From contig CM052832.1 in assembly GCA_028534125.1 (NCBI GenBank), positions 34,534,001-34,598,000 on the forward strand: a stretch of 64,000 bases of DNA, given 5' to 3'. A program made the translations under genes and the position numbers. Under the pieces are notes generated by a model. That model had not been told where the DNA came from, did not search any database, and was given only the letters and a program-made list of their open reading frames with translations. This DNA comes from Lama glama. Its lineage: Eukaryota. Shown piece by piece: positions 63,570 through 64,000 of this stretch (positions within the stretch are counted from its first letter, which is position 1; every line of letters starts with the position of its first letter).

Positions 63570-64000
63570 CACGGTGTGTGCTGGGGTGGGGTGTGTCCCT
63601 GAGGTGGAAAGACTGCACAGCTCAGAGACCGTCCTCCTGCCCCGCTCAGAGTCCTGCAGTCCATCACCTCAGCATCGCCCCATGGAGAAACCCTGGACCC
63701 GCCGGCGGTCTCACTGTCCACTTCCCTCCCAGCCCCCCAGCCACAGCCGGACACCTGTCTGTGCTTTGCCTGTTCTAAACATGTCGTAAAAGTGGAATCA
63801 CATACAGGGGCTTTTGTGGCTGGCATCTGTCACTGCGCGTGTTTGCGGCGTCCAGCCACGTTGTAGCAGCTGTTGCTCCTTTCTGGGGCTGTGTGACATT
63901 CCGTTGGGTAGACGTACCACGCAGCCTTTGATGGACATTTAGGTTTGCACTTTTTGGCTCAAGTGAAGATTGCTTCTGTGGACTCTTGTTCCGGGTGTTC
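63570..64000 (-). mobile_element. Old L1 (L1MB/ME-like) 3' end, antisense, running off the window
   Basis: TTTGCCTGTTCTAAACATGTCGTAAAAGTGGAATCACATACA...TTTTGTGGCTGGC...TTGATGGACATTTAGGTT. Confidence 0.75.

Noticed and set aside
1-64000. Nested HUS1B retrogene, known within human EXOC2
   Set aside because: No HUS1-like ORF is seen; as I recall it lies in a 5' intron, upstream of this window.

Overview
This is mammalian genomic DNA, very probably from a camelid (alpaca, llama or camel), judged from a camelid-type tRNA-derived SINE at about 25.1 kb. The whole window lies inside EXOC2 (exocyst complex component 2, Sec5), transcribed on the + strand. Eighteen consecutive coding exons (exons 8-25 by recalled human numbering; 1,817 nt; about residues 248-853) splice in one unbroken frame. 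The start and stop codons lie outside the window. Introns hold old L1, L2, MIR and MER21-like LTR fragments, one SINE, simple repeats and a 235-N gap. The supplied long ORFs are GC-rich intronic noise except where they overlap exons. I found no convincing new gene system. The best leads are: a GC-AG donor at exon 11 with a competing in-frame GT; strong patchy AT-to-GC drift in both repeats and protein; an IRF/NF-kB motif cluster with a hairpin in intron 23; a 12-bp repeat that builds p53 and AP-2 sites; complementary tracts flanking the skippable exon 22; and a cryptic acceptor in exon 21. Comparisons with human EXOC2 and repeat consensuses are from memory, not from a search.
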